Assembly (NCBI GenBank): GCA_001818315.1
Contig: MHKF01000001.1
Span: 2,869-66,868, forward strand
From: Candidatus Kerfeldbacteria bacterium RIFCSPLOWO2_02_FULL_42_19
Lineage (GTDB): Bacteria > Patescibacteriota > Patescibacteriia > HO2-48-17
Direction: 5' to 3'
DNA length: 64,000 bases
The stretch's first letter is position 1, and each line of letters begins with the position of its first letter. Shown in pieces: positions 48,383 through 58,250 of this stretch. The notes below the pieces were generated by a model. That model saw only the letters and a program-made list of their open reading frames with translations. It ran no database searches and was not told the DNA's origin. The translations under genes were made by a program, and so were the position numbers.

Positions 48383-50305
48383 ATGGCATTAAAAATATTT
48401 GCGGAGGATCGGAAAAATAAAAAACGAAAAATCGTGGAAGGTATCCAAGAAATAAATACACAGCAAGCCCTCTCATCCATCTATAGAGATGAAGGAGGAA
48501 AAGATGTGGATATGACAAAAATGGAACGTACGTCGCGATATCATTATCTCAAGGTTGCTTTAGTTATACTTTTGATAGGTGGAGGTTTTGGAATCAGTGT
48601 ATATGGAGGTATGAAAGTTTTTCAAAAAAAATACGCATCGAACATCACAAAAGAAAAGGAAACAAAAATTTCTCTCCAAGGACCGGAAACAATTGCTTCT
48701 GGAGAAAAAGCGACATTCGAGATCACACTGGAAAATTTTGAAAAAGATGCGCTCAAAGAGAGTCTCGTCAATATTCAGTATCCAGATGGTTGGTATTTGG
48801 AGCGCACAGAGCCAAAAGCACTTAATGAGAGCGGTACACAAATTGAGATACCAACACTCGCAAGTGGCGGAGCGGTAAAAATAAAAATTGAAGGTCAAAT
48901 ACTCGGCGAGGTAGATACCACAAAAGAATTCAATATTTCATGGAGGTATCAACCTGTGAATTTTTCTTCAGATTTCGAAAAAGAAAAATCTTGGTTCGTG
49001 CGTATTAACTCTTCTATATTGAGTGTCGCATTAGATATACCACAACGTGCATTACCAAAACAGGATGTATCTCTCAAAATTCAGTATCAAAATACCTCAC
49101 AACTGAAACTCCCAGACGTTAAGTTAGAACTTTCGGCACCACAGGAATTTAAAGTCAAAAAGACAGAGCCAGAATATAAAGAAGAACTGACGTGGTATCT
49201 GCAAAACGTTGAAAGTGGTTCAAGCGGTACAATAAAAATCGATGGAGGTATTGATGCAACAGCAGGAAAAGAAATTGCCTTTACCGCAAAACTCAGTATT
49301 CGACAAGCAGATGGCGTCTGGACACCACAAATCGAAAAACAACGTTTGCTTTTGATTATTCATCCAGATGTCAAATTGACCTTTGTGTTGAATGACAATA
49401 AAGAAGTGAGCACCTTGCAATTAGGAGATATCGTAAATTACAAAGTGCAATACGAAAACACCACGGATATTGCGCTGAAAAATGTTGTACTCGAGTTGCG
49501 ACTGAAAGACGAACATAAACTTCTTGATCAAGAAGGTCTGATTTCGCAAACAGGAAAACCACACAAAGAAGAAAATCTTATGCGTTGGACGAGTGAACAA
49601 GATAAAAAATTAGCGTTGGTTGCACCTGGTGAAAAGAATGAAATCAGCTGGTCGATTCCAGTAAAAAAAGAACTGGGTCAAGATCAGAAACCAAAGAATA
49701 TTGCGATCGAACATCTGGTAGAACTGCGTTACGAAAGTGAAGACGAGGATATTCCAAAAGAGCTTCTCAAATTTCCATCGAAGCACATAACTACAAAAAT
49801 AAAAACGCAATCTCAACTCGAAACCGAAGCACGATATTATGCTGATGATCGAACAAAACTTGGCACAGGCCCGTTGCCGCCTGAAGCAAATGCAACGACG
49901 ACATATCGAATCTTTTGGTATCTCACGAATACATTAAATGAAATCAAAAAAGTTGAAGTCACCGCGAAACTTCCAGCTGATGCAACATGGGCTGAAAATG
50001 CTCAGGCAAAAAATGGCGATATTCGTTTTGATATAAGTAAGCGCACAGTGATCTGGAAAATAGAAAGTGTGCCCGCTCACACAACAGATGGAGCACTCTC
50101 AGCGTTTTTCGATATCTCAATTCACCCAACGCAAGATGATGTAGGTAAAATTATGGTGATTACTGAAAAAGCAACATTCACAGCGGAGGATGCATTTACA
50201 AAAGAAAAAGTTACTGGAGAAGCGTCGGTAATCACAAGCGACCTTGAGAAGGATCCTTTCGGTAAAGGTAAAGGAGAGGTAGAAACTGGTAAAAAGGAAG
50301 AATAA
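48383..50305 (+). CDS. Large membrane-anchored surface protein with repeated beta-sandwich-like (DUF11-like) modules
   Basis: One TM (LKVALVILLIGGGFGISVYGG) then ~580 aa of repeated ...Y.N.G....V.L.L... modules. Family assignment tentative. Confidence 0.45.
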   Translation: MALKIFAEDRKNKKRKIVEGIQEINTQQALSSIYRDEGGKDVDMTKMERTSRYHYLKVALVILLIGGGFGISVYGGMKVFQKKYASNITKEKETKISLQGPETIASGEKATFEITLENFEKDALKESLVNIQYPDGWYLERTEPKALNESGTQIEIPTLASGGAVKIKIEGQILGEVDTTKEFNISWRYQPVNFSSDFEKEKSWFVRINSSILSVALDIPQRALPKQDVSLKIQYQNTSQLKLPDVKLELSAPQEFKVKKTEPEYKEELTWYLQNVESGSSGTIKIDGGIDATAGKEIAFTAKLSIRQADGVWTPQIEKQRLLLIIHPDVKLTFVLNDNKEVSTLQLGDIVNYKVQYENTTDIALKNVVLELRLKDEHKLLDQEGLISQTGKPHKEENLMRWTSEQDKKLALVAPGEKNEISWSIPVKKELGQDQKPKNIAIEHLVELRYESEDEDIPKELLKFPSKHITTKIKTQSQLETEARYYADDRTKLGTGPLPPEANATTTYRIFWYLTNTLNEIKKVEVTAKLPADATWAENAQAKNGDIRFDISKRTVIWKIESVPAHTTDGALSAFFDISIHPTQDDVGKIMVITEKATFTAEDAFTKEKVTGEASVITSDLEKDPFGKGKGEVETGKKEE

Positions 50306-50307
50306 AT

Positions 50308-50964
50308 ATGAAAAATATATTCGCAGAGCAATCAAGAAAAGGATTTTTTGTGTACAAAGAAAGTAGTTTTTTTCTCGATCGCGCACTGTTCCGATTTCGC
50401 ACGAAGGCAGATATTTTCAAAAATAAATGTTTCCATGGCATTGTTACAGTGCTTTATGAAAAATTAAAAATAAAACCAAATGTTCTGACAGCGCTCGGGT
50501 TTGTTTTTGGAATTCTTACGCCTCTCTCACTCTGGTATTCAGCACTGCCATGGGTTGCGTCAATTTTTTTGATTCTCTCTGTCATTTCAGATATTCTCGA
50601 CGGAACCATGGCACGAAAGTATGGGCTGACGAGTCGTTGGAGCAGTGCATTGGATATGGCAACCGATATCGTCACAGGGACACTGGTGTTGCTTGGCATA
50701 AGTTTTCTTATCGGTGAACTTACATTAGGCCTTGTTGCAGTAGCAGTATCTATGACACAACACTGGTTGCATGTCATACTTGCGTGGTTATCGCCAAAGA
50801 CTTCTCATACGCCTTTGCAGGGACATGTATATACCAATATCGCCTTCATTTTTACCTGGTATTCTTTCGGTATTTGGCTGTATATCATATTAGGTGGTAT
50901 GAGTGTGATCCTTGCAATCTATCATTTCTTTCGCGCACGAAAGATCGTAGGAGTCGCAACATAA
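50308..50964 (+). CDS. CDP-alcohol phosphatidyltransferase family protein
   Basis: ISDILDGTMARKYGLTSRWSSALDMATDIVTG matches D(x)2DG(x)2AR...G(x)3D(x)3D. Confidence 0.75.
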   Translation: MKNIFAEQSRKGFFVYKESSFFLDRALFRFRTKADIFKNKCFHGIVTVLYEKLKIKPNVLTALGFVFGILTPLSLWYSALPWVASIFLILSVISDILDGTMARKYGLTSRWSSALDMATDIVTGTLVLLGISFLIGELTLGLVAVAVSMTQHWLHVILAWLSPKTSHTPLQGHVYTNIAFIFTWYSFGIWLYIILGGMSVILAIYHFFRARKIVGVAT

Positions 50965-50990
50965 AACTTTGAGTTACGAAAAGGAAGATA

Positions 50991-52109
50991 ATGCAATTTT
51001 CACTGATTGCGACAAAAAATAAAGCACGGCGTGGAATATTAGAAACAGCGCACGGTAGTATACAAACGCCATTTTTTATGTCCATCGCAACAATGGGAGC
51101 AGTGCGTACCATGCGTATGGAACAAGTCCAGGCATTGGGAGCTGAAATCATCTTAGCGAATACGTATCACCTGTGGTTACGGCCGGGGTTATCGGTAATA
51201 CAACAAGCAGGGAGCTTGCATCAATTGATTCGATGGGATGGACCAATTTTGACTGATTCAGGAGGATATCAAGTGTTTAGCTTAGCAAAGCGGCGCAAGA
51301 TAACGGAAGAAGGAGTGCGTTTTCAATCCCATTGGGATGGTACAGAACACCTGTTAACACCAGAAAAATCAATACAAATTCAACGCGTGTTCGGTTCGGA
51401 TATCTGTATGGTTTTAGATGAATGTGTGGCATATCCAAGTGATTATGCAACTGCTGCACTTGCGGTAGAACGAACAACACGGTGGGCGAAGCGATGTAAA
51501 GAAGAGTTTCTCAAAAACACATCGAACGCATCCGCGCTTTTTGGTATTGTTCAAGGGTCGACATACCCTGCACTGCGTTGTAAAAGCGCTCAAGAGCTTA
51601 TAGAGATTGGATTTGATGGATTTGCACTCGGTGGACTCGCAGTCGGAGAACCGGCAGAGTCCATGTATCGTATGATTGAAGAAGTTGAAGGAATGCTACC
51701 ACAAGAAAAACCTCGATATCTCATGGGTGTAGGAAGACCAGAAAATATTCTCGAAGCGGTCAAACGCGGAATAGATATGTTTGATTGTGTAATACCTACG
51801 CGCAATGCACGACACGGCATTCTCTATATTTGGAAGGAACGAAATCTTTCGCCTTGGTTCTTAAAGACTGCAACACAAAACACTTCATGGTATAAAGCGC
51901 TCCATATTACTAACGAGCGCAACAAAAATGCACACAAAAAGATCGATGAACAGTGTTCGTGCAGCACGTGTTCTCACGGGTATTCGCAAGCATTCATACG
52001 CCACCTCTTTCAAATAAACGAACCGCTTGCCATGCAACTCGCTACAACTCACAATCTGCGATTCTATATAGAGCTCATGGAGACACTACAGAAATTGATA
52101 CAAGCATAA
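50991..52109 (+). CDS. tgt: Queuine tRNA-ribosyltransferase
   Basis: LTDSGGYQVFSL, LMGVGRPENIL, Zn site CSCSTCSHGYSQAFIRHL. Confidence 0.9.
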   Translation: MQFSLIATKNKARRGILETAHGSIQTPFFMSIATMGAVRTMRMEQVQALGAEIILANTYHLWLRPGLSVIQQAGSLHQLIRWDGPILTDSGGYQVFSLAKRRKITEEGVRFQSHWDGTEHLLTPEKSIQIQRVFGSDICMVLDECVAYPSDYATAALAVERTTRWAKRCKEEFLKNTSNASALFGIVQGSTYPALRCKSAQELIEIGFDGFALGGLAVGEPAESMYRMIEEVEGMLPQEKPRYLMGVGRPENILEAVKRGIDMFDCVIPTRNARHGILYIWKERNLSPWFLKTATQNTSWYKALHITNERNKNAHKKIDEQCSCSTCSHGYSQAFIRHLFQINEPLAMQLATTHNLRFYIELMETLQKLIQA

Positions 52110-52273
52110 CGGAGAAGAAGCTCTTGGTATAGAATTTGGCAGTGACAACGTAGCAAATATAAGATATCAAAACCCAATCTCAAAAGTTAAAAATAAAATG
52201 CCTTATTCCCCACAGAAACCGAAATTTATGGTATAATTTTTTATGAAGATGAAACACATCAAAAAATAAATAT

Positions 52274-52672
52274 ATGAGTCTGCAAGCAGCAAAACTCATT
52301 GTTGTGCATATCACACGCGGCATTTTTTTTGATATTCTCTATTTTCCAATTTGGTGGATAACGCGAGGAATCACGAGCGCAGTCAAAATAAGTGTGAATT
52401 GGATGCGACATTATGCTCATCGTTTTGCCTTGCTTATTCTTCTGAAAAATCTCCATAAACCGATGTTCGGTCAAACCGACTGGCAGAGTCGCATTATTAG
52501 TTTTTTTGTGCGACTTGTACAATTTGTTGTCCTTACAGCAGGCTGGATCGTTTGGTGCGCTATTATTAGTATCGTGACACTCGTGTGGATCTTAATGCCA
52601 TTCTTTATTCTGTGGGCGATCATGTATCAATTGACTCTTGTGCGTACGCCACCTTTCTCTTGGTGGTTATAG
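52274..52672 (+). CDS. Hypothetical integral membrane protein (132 aa)
   Basis: 4 predicted TM; no family recognised. Confidence 0.35.
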   Translation: MSLQAAKLIVVHITRGIFFDILYFPIWWITRGITSAVKISVNWMRHYAHRFALLILLKNLHKPMFGQTDWQSRIISFFVRLVQFVVLTAGWIVWCAIISIVTLVWILMPFFILWAIMYQLTLVRTPPFSWWL

Positions 52673-52681
52673 CTTTGCAAG

Positions 52682-55477
52682 ATGGAAGCTCAAAGTAAAA
52701 AAACAAATGTTCATTTTTTTGCCTGTCCGACGTGTGTTGGGTACGGGTTTTTAGTGACACCCGCAGGAAAACCGATTACATGTTCTCAATGCGTTGGAAA
52801 GGAAAGTCTCGTAGGAATTTTAGGAGGAAAAATTTTATATTGGGACCGACCCATCGATCAATTAGTGATATTCGAGGAAAAAATAATACGCACCGTAAAA
52901 TATGCACGCATTGGAATACTGACAACGCTTTTGACGTTTGGAATCTTAATGTTTCTTTTGGAATTTTGGAATATTGTGCAAGAGGGCGAATCATTCACGT
53001 TCCTGATCACAAGACGAAGCCCGCTGTTGCTTATCTTCTATCTTACGCTTCCGATATTCTTTTATCTCTTATTTGTTTACTATCGTGGGAAAACGGTGTC
53101 GCATCCCATTCCGTGGAGAAAAACCGAACGCGATGAAGTGATTGCACAAGAAAATTTTGAAGGAGCAACTTATAACACTTTGAAGAATAACAAAAAAACA
53201 AAATTGAATGTGAGTTCTTTTGTAAATGAAGAGGTCTATAAAATACTCGAACACGCGTTTCAATATGCTGAATCCATGCGGCATCAGACAGTTGAACCGT
53301 TACACGTACTTGCCGTGCTTCTCCCCACAACAAAACTTCGACTCATTTTTGGCCGACTCGGCATACCTCCGGTGGAATTTCACAAGCGCGTTGAAACACT
53401 CCTTGAAAAATTTTCAGATAAAAAATTTCAACAAGCGCTCCCAGGTCATAAATGGTACAAAATGCTCATGGTTGCGTATGAAGAAGCTTTTGTTGGAGAA
53501 CGTGATCAAATCCAACCTCAGGACCTTCTATTTGCGCTGGTCAAGGTCGACAAAAAAATCCAGGATATTTTCTATGATTTAGGAGTGGATCTGACAAAAC
53601 TTCATCATGTTTCGGAATGGGTTCACGCGCAGAAACAACTAGCGGAAAACGTTCGCAGATGGCAACGAGAAGCATTATTAAAACCAAAAAATACCATGAA
53701 TCGGGCGCTGACAGCACGTCCTACACGAGTACTGGATAGTATGAGTCAGGATTTGACTCTTATGGCGCGCACAGGTAGTTTTTTTCCGCTCATCAACCGC
53801 AAGGAGGAACTCGCAGCTACCTTTCGTGCGCTCAAAGAAGTTGGTGGCAGTGTGTTATTCGTTGGAAATTCCGGTACCGGAAAAAGTGCAGTTATTTATG
53901 GACTTGCGGAACGTATGGCAGCAGAAGAAGTTCCCGAACAATTGAAAGATAGAAGATTAGTTGCGATGAATATCGGCGCGCTTCTTGCAGGCGCTGCTGG
54001 CGTGGGTGTTGCAGAAGAAAGAATGCTCGCGGCCATTAAGGAAATTACACTTGCTAGTAATGTCATTCTTGTGATCGAGGACATTGATACATTATTTAGT
54101 GGAGCGATGGGCGCAGCGGTTGAGAGTGCACAAATTCTTACGGATTTTATTGGACAAGGACTTATGAAAGTCGTTGCTACGGCACGTACAGAAGAATATT
54201 TGCGCTTTCTCCAAGATAAAGGGAGCTTCTTGCGGCGATTTAAAAAAATTGTCGTGGAGGAACCGAATTTTGATCTCACGATGCGCATCCTCCAATCGCG
54301 GGCAGGTATATTTGAATACCGCTATAAAGCATATTATTCTTATGACGCGCTCGAACAAACGATTCTGCTGACGACGCGTTATTTTCACGAAAGGTATTTG
54401 CCTGAAAAGGCATTGGATGTCATAGAGCAGGCTGCAATTTATGCTGCAGAAAAACGTGGCGCCAAAACAATTGTAACCAAAGCCGATGTAGCAGAAATCA
54501 TTGCGCAGCACACGAATATTCCGGTAAAAGAAATTACAGCAGAAGAAAGTGAAAAACTCCTGATGTTGGAAGAACAGATTCATGAACGGCTGATAGATCA
54601 AGAAGAGGCGGTACGATCCGTGGCTTCGGCTCTCCGTCGAGCACGAGAGGAATTACGTGATATCACGAGACCTATTGCGAATTTACTTTTTTTGGGTCCG
54701 ACGGGAGTAGGTAAAACAGAACTTGCCAAAACCGTAGCTGCGCTTTATTTCGGTGACGAAAAAAAGATGGTACGCCTCGATATGTCGGAATACCAGGATC
54801 AGTTAAGTATCTATCGCATGATCGGTTCACCAACAGGAAGTCAAAGTGGAGGTGTTGGAGGATATCTCACCGAAGCGATACGACATTCGCCATTTGCAGT
54901 ACTTCTCCTGGATGAAATTGAAAAAGCGCACCCCGATATTCTTAATATTTTTCTGCAAGTTATGGATGATGGGCGATTGACCGATACGCTCGGTCGTACT
55001 ATCGATTTTACACACACGATTATTATTGCAACTTCAAATGCTGGCGCACAGATGATTCATGATAGCGTCAGACAGGAAATGCCAATGGAAAAAATTAAGG
55101 AGCAGCTCATTGAAGGTGAAATACCAAAATATTTTCGACCGGAATTTATTAACCGTTTTGATAACGTTATTGTTTTTAAACCTTTATCAGAAGAAGATAT
55201 ATTTGCGATTGCCAAACTTCTTTTGAAACGTGTGGCGCGTGATTTAGAAAATAAGGGAATTTTCTTTTCTACTTCAGAAGACGCAGTACGCGAACTCGCA
55301 GAAAAAGGATTCGATCCGAAGTTCGGCGCGCGTCCATTGCGTCGTGTGATTCAAAATCATGTGGATGACGCACTGGCGAAATTGCTTTTGAAAGGAACCT
55401 TAGGAAGGCGAGATCAGGTTATTCTTGAAGTTGGCGGAAGAATACGCGTTGAAAAGGCAGAGCAGCTTGTGACATAA
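52682..55477 (+). CDS. Clp/Hsp100-like double AAA+ ATPase with N-terminal zinc-ribbon and two TM helices (membrane-anchored)
   Basis: CPTCVGYG...CSQCVGKE; TM IGILTTLLTFGILMFLLEFW and LLLIFYLTLPIFFYLLFVYY; Clp_N-like EVYKILEHAFQYAESMRHQTVEPLHVLAVLL; D1 GNSGTGKSA / VIEDIDTLF; D2 GPTGVGKTELAK / LLLDEIEKAHPD. No M-domain and no IGF/LGF loop seen. Confidence 0.75.
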   Translation: MEAQSKKTNVHFFACPTCVGYGFLVTPAGKPITCSQCVGKESLVGILGGKILYWDRPIDQLVIFEEKIIRTVKYARIGILTTLLTFGILMFLLEFWNIVQEGESFTFLITRRSPLLLIFYLTLPIFFYLLFVYYRGKTVSHPIPWRKTERDEVIAQENFEGATYNTLKNNKKTKLNVSSFVNEEVYKILEHAFQYAESMRHQTVEPLHVLAVLLPTTKLRLIFGRLGIPPVEFHKRVETLLEKFSDKKFQQALPGHKWYKMLMVAYEEAFVGERDQIQPQDLLFALVKVDKKIQDIFYDLGVDLTKLHHVSEWVHAQKQLAENVRRWQREALLKPKNTMNRALTARPTRVLDSMSQDLTLMARTGSFFPLINRKEELAATFRALKEVGGSVLFVGNSGTGKSAVIYGLAERMAAEEVPEQLKDRRLVAMNIGALLAGAAGVGVAEERMLAAIKEITLASNVILVIEDIDTLFSGAMGAAVESAQILTDFIGQGLMKVVATARTEEYLRFLQDKGSFLRRFKKIVVEEPNFDLTMRILQSRAGIFEYRYKAYYSYDALEQTILLTTRYFHERYLPEKALDVIEQAAIYAAEKRGAKTIVTKADVAEIIAQHTNIPVKEITAEESEKLLMLEEQIHERLIDQEEAVRSVASALRRAREELRDITRPIANLLFLGPTGVGKTELAKTVAALYFGDEKKMVRLDMSEYQDQLSIYRMIGSPTGSQSGGVGGYLTEAIRHSPFAVLLLDEIEKAHPDILNIFLQVMDDGRLTDTLGRTIDFTHTIIIATSNAGAQMIHDSVRQEMPMEKIKEQLIEGEIPKYFRPEFINRFDNVIVFKPLSEEDIFAIAKLLLKRVARDLENKGIFFSTSEDAVRELAEKGFDPKFGARPLRRVIQNHVDDALAKLLLKGTLGRRDQVILEVGGRIRVEKAEQLVT

Positions 55478-55494
55478 CGCTTCATTCAATTCAG

Positions 55495-56094
55495 ATGCGA
55501 GTTTGGTGCATCTACGGCGCTTATACCCGAAGACAAAATTGCATATACAATGAAGCTGTTGTGGTCGACCGCAAAGGTCAGACGCTATATATTTATCAAA
55601 AACAGCACCTCTGGCAACTGATGGAGAAAGGCGAAATAACCCCTGGACCCGGTACCAACAGAGTGATCGAAACCGAGTTTGGCAAAATCGGTGTGATCAT
55701 CTGTTGGGACATCGCGTTCCCTGAAGCCACGCGAAAACTCGCTCAGCAGGGTGCACAGATAGTATTCTGCCCCGCATACTGGTATGGCCGCCAGCATCAC
55801 ACAAGTGAAATAATCAGAATACTTCCGCAAGTTCGGGCTTTTGAAAACCAGATCTACTTCGTACTGTGTGATGCTGCTACATGGGAAACGGCTGGGAGGA
55901 GTAGAATCTGTTCGTCTTTACAGACTCTCGCCGCTACGAATAATACGGATGAGCGGATTCTGATCGCTACTGCTGATTTAGAAGAGCTTGAGAAACGTCG
56001 AAGACTCTTCGATTGCTGGAGGACACAACAACGTTCCAAGAGTGATATAGCCTGTGCGTTTCCGCCCGGTAGTAGTATCGAAGAAATCGAATAA
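55495..56094 (+). pseudogene. Carbon-nitrogen hydrolase (nitrilase superfamily), C-terminal ~200 aa only; N-terminal catalytic Glu/Lys region absent
   Basis: GVIICWDIAFPE (catalytic Cys region) and ARAFENQIYFV are present. The ORF begins 18 nt after the clp stop, so there is no room for the N-terminal third. GC appears elevated (by eye). Confidence 0.5.
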
Positions 56095-56116
56095 GTAAAG
56101 ACCCTTGAGGCACTTC

Positions 56117-56150
56117 AGCGCTGACACTTTGTGTCCAGCGCTTTTGATTT
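56117..56150 (+). terminator. Intrinsic terminator (AGCGCTGACAC-ttt-GTGTCCAGCGCT followed by TTTTGATTT)
   Basis: Long near-perfect hairpin plus T-tract 20 nt after the hydrolase-fragment stop. Confidence 0.55.
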
Positions 56151-56535
56151 CAAGTTAACTACCAACCATATACACATGCTGGATCGATAAAGCCAGGTGA
56201 TTTGACAGGAGTCTATAAATAAACTAAACTGACATCAAACTTAATACTACGTATCCAGAGTGTGAGATGCTAAGGGATCTAGCCCGAAGCTCACCCGCAA
56301 CCGACCTCATAAGACACGGTGCGAACTCTAGCCCGAAAGGGGAAGATATAAGCAAACTGGATGCGTCGCCCTGTAAGGCGATTTTTTGATGCGCTTGCAG
56401 GTTATAGCGACGCATTTCCAATTCCTGGCAAACCTCATCAAGGTCACAATTGCCAAACCCGTATCTTCCCCTCAAGAGATACGGGTTTTAGGTTGAAAGA
56501 CCTTTGATTGAGCACATTGAAAAAAGGAGATCAAC

Positions 56536-57762
56536 ATGTTGACGGTGATAACTATTCAGTCTCGAGCTGGCGGAACTGGAAAAACTTGTATTGGGTTGAG
56601 CGCAGCAGCACAACTTGCTGCCGTGGGGCGAAAAGTTGCTTTCATAGAACTTGATGCGCAAGGAGCTCATCTTGGGCAATGCCTTCCCCTAGGCGGGGTC
56701 GCAGTGCCAGATGGTGAACATTTGAAGTTTCAGTGCGAGGATACCAGTTGTAGTCCTTCGATCTCGTACCGGGATCGACCGTATCTCTTCTGGTGGCTCG
56801 CGGGGAATCCAAAAGCACGTGGGCGGAAGGCACTCCAATCTGGCCAGCGGCTCGTAGTTTCTAAAGTGGATAAGCAGAGAGCAAGTAACAAAGGATTGTC
56901 AAGGTTACTTGAGACGATGATTGAACACCTGACTATTTTTCCCGCTTCCTGCTACGTGAGTGACATAGACGAAGTGAACGGGATGGTGTTGGATCGAGAT
57001 CATCAACGGAGTTACAAGAATTTTCTCACGAACCTCACAGAGGTTTTGTTAGAGGAGAAGTATGAGTTTGTGTTCGTCGATAACGCTCCTGGTCTCTCAT
57101 TCAACGGAGGTATGAGCATAAGTTGGACGACACAGTTCTCACGTTCTCCGCAACACAATGTTCAAGTATGGATTTGGGCTATCACGCGCGAGAGTTGGTG
57201 TGAGCCAGGTCTTCTGGTCTATGAACTGAATGCTTTTGAAAAGATTCGCACACCTGTCTTCCCAGTTCTTGTTGTGAATCGGACGCCACATCCAAAGTGG
57301 CTTGGTTGCTTTGAGAGGGGAATGACAACGAATATCAGAGATCTTTGTGATAGAGCGCGGACAGATCAACAGGCGCAGAACAGGTTGTCTGAACTCCAGT
57401 CGCTTTTTCTCGACGTACCACTTTGGTTGGGAGCGGGACGCAATACTGAAGATTTGTTTCGCGATTTCGTCCTGCCGAGTAATTTCAGGATTGCTGTCGT
57501 AGGAGAAGACCCTACAATAGCAAGCGTCGCTGTTATGGAATATTCTGTCGAATCGAAAGAAAATCCGACAGATGAAATCTGTACGGCGTTGGAAGGAGAC
57601 GGTGTACGGCGTTGGGGTCGTCGCACTGAAGAATTCGTCGCGCAGTTCTTTCTTCCAGCTATCTCGAAGTGCAATAGTACAGGTGGCGTTGTTGATAGAT
57701 ACCCGACAGGTTTTCATGGAGAAGTATGGTCTGCTCTCGTGAAACCGCTGCTCGAAAAATAA
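56536..57762 (+). CDS. Divergent ParA/MinD-like (SIMIBI) P-loop ATPase with an ~200-aa C-terminal extension of unknown function
   Basis: Deviant Walker A ITIQSRAGGTGKTCIG, Walker B EFVFVDNAPGLS; SD AAAAAGGAGA 6 nt upstream; GC-elevated coding sequence (by eye). Confidence 0.55.
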   Translation: MLTVITIQSRAGGTGKTCIGLSAAAQLAAVGRKVAFIELDAQGAHLGQCLPLGGVAVPDGEHLKFQCEDTSCSPSISYRDRPYLFWWLAGNPKARGRKALQSGQRLVVSKVDKQRASNKGLSRLLETMIEHLTIFPASCYVSDIDEVNGMVLDRDHQRSYKNFLTNLTEVLLEEKYEFVFVDNAPGLSFNGGMSISWTTQFSRSPQHNVQVWIWAITRESWCEPGLLVYELNAFEKIRTPVFPVLVVNRTPHPKWLGCFERGMTTNIRDLCDRARTDQQAQNRLSELQSLFLDVPLWLGAGRNTEDLFRDFVLPSNFRIAVVGEDPTIASVAVMEYSVESKENPTDEICTALEGDGVRRWGRRTEEFVAQFFLPAISKCNSTGGVVDRYPTGFHGEVWSALVKPLLEK

Positions 57763-57804
57763 AACAACAAGACGTACATTATCTCACAGTGAAAGGAGAA
57801 AAAG

Positions 57805-58185
57805 ATGAGTGCAAAACAAAACATCATGTATCGTGTGGAAAAGTTCCTGCCGCCGGAATGTCCCAAGTGCCGGCATGTGTTTCAGAAAGAAAGCAGTGAT
57901 TACACGCTGCTGCTCGGCGATATTGTCGAGGGAAAAAAAGTCGTGCGCGAAACCGTCGGTTATGGCATCATTGTGTGCAGTCACTGTGAAAATTTCACAG
58001 CGCGACTACCTGTGGAAGCCTGGCAAGTTGGAGACCGCAAGCGAGCAACAGGGTTGCTAAACGAGGGATTTGTGAATCTCAAGAAGGTGATCAGCATCGG
58101 CAGTCACACTCAGGATTTTCATGAGATTCACGGTTCGCTTGGTCTTGCTGCGCACGGAGTCGGTCCAGTGACTTCGCGTAAGTAG
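57805..58185 (+). CDS. Zinc-ribbon protein (CPKC...CSHC), 126 aa
   Basis: SD GAAAGGAGA 7 nt upstream; two CxxC pairs ~45 aa apart; followed by a terminator. Confidence 0.45.
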   Translation: MSAKQNIMYRVEKFLPPECPKCRHVFQKESSDYTLLLGDIVEGKKVVRETVGYGIIVCSHCENFTARLPVEAWQVGDRKRATGLLNEGFVNLKKVISIGSHTQDFHEIHGSLGLAAHGVGPVTSRK

Positions 58186-58208
58186 CATTGCACCGTTCTT
58201 TTGAGAAA

Positions 58209-58250
58209 AAATCCTGTTTCCTGATGTATAGGCAACAGGATTTTGCGTTT
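58209..58250 (+). terminator. Intrinsic terminator (AATCCTGTT-loop-AACAGGATT followed by TTTG)
   Basis: 9-bp stem with a 15-nt loop after the zinc-ribbon ORF. Confidence 0.45.

Noticed and set aside
57139-57717. 192-aa minus-strand ORF inside the ParA-like gene
   Set aside because: It is a shadow ORF typical of higher-GC coding DNA; it has no SD and its Arg/Ser-rich composition is implausible.
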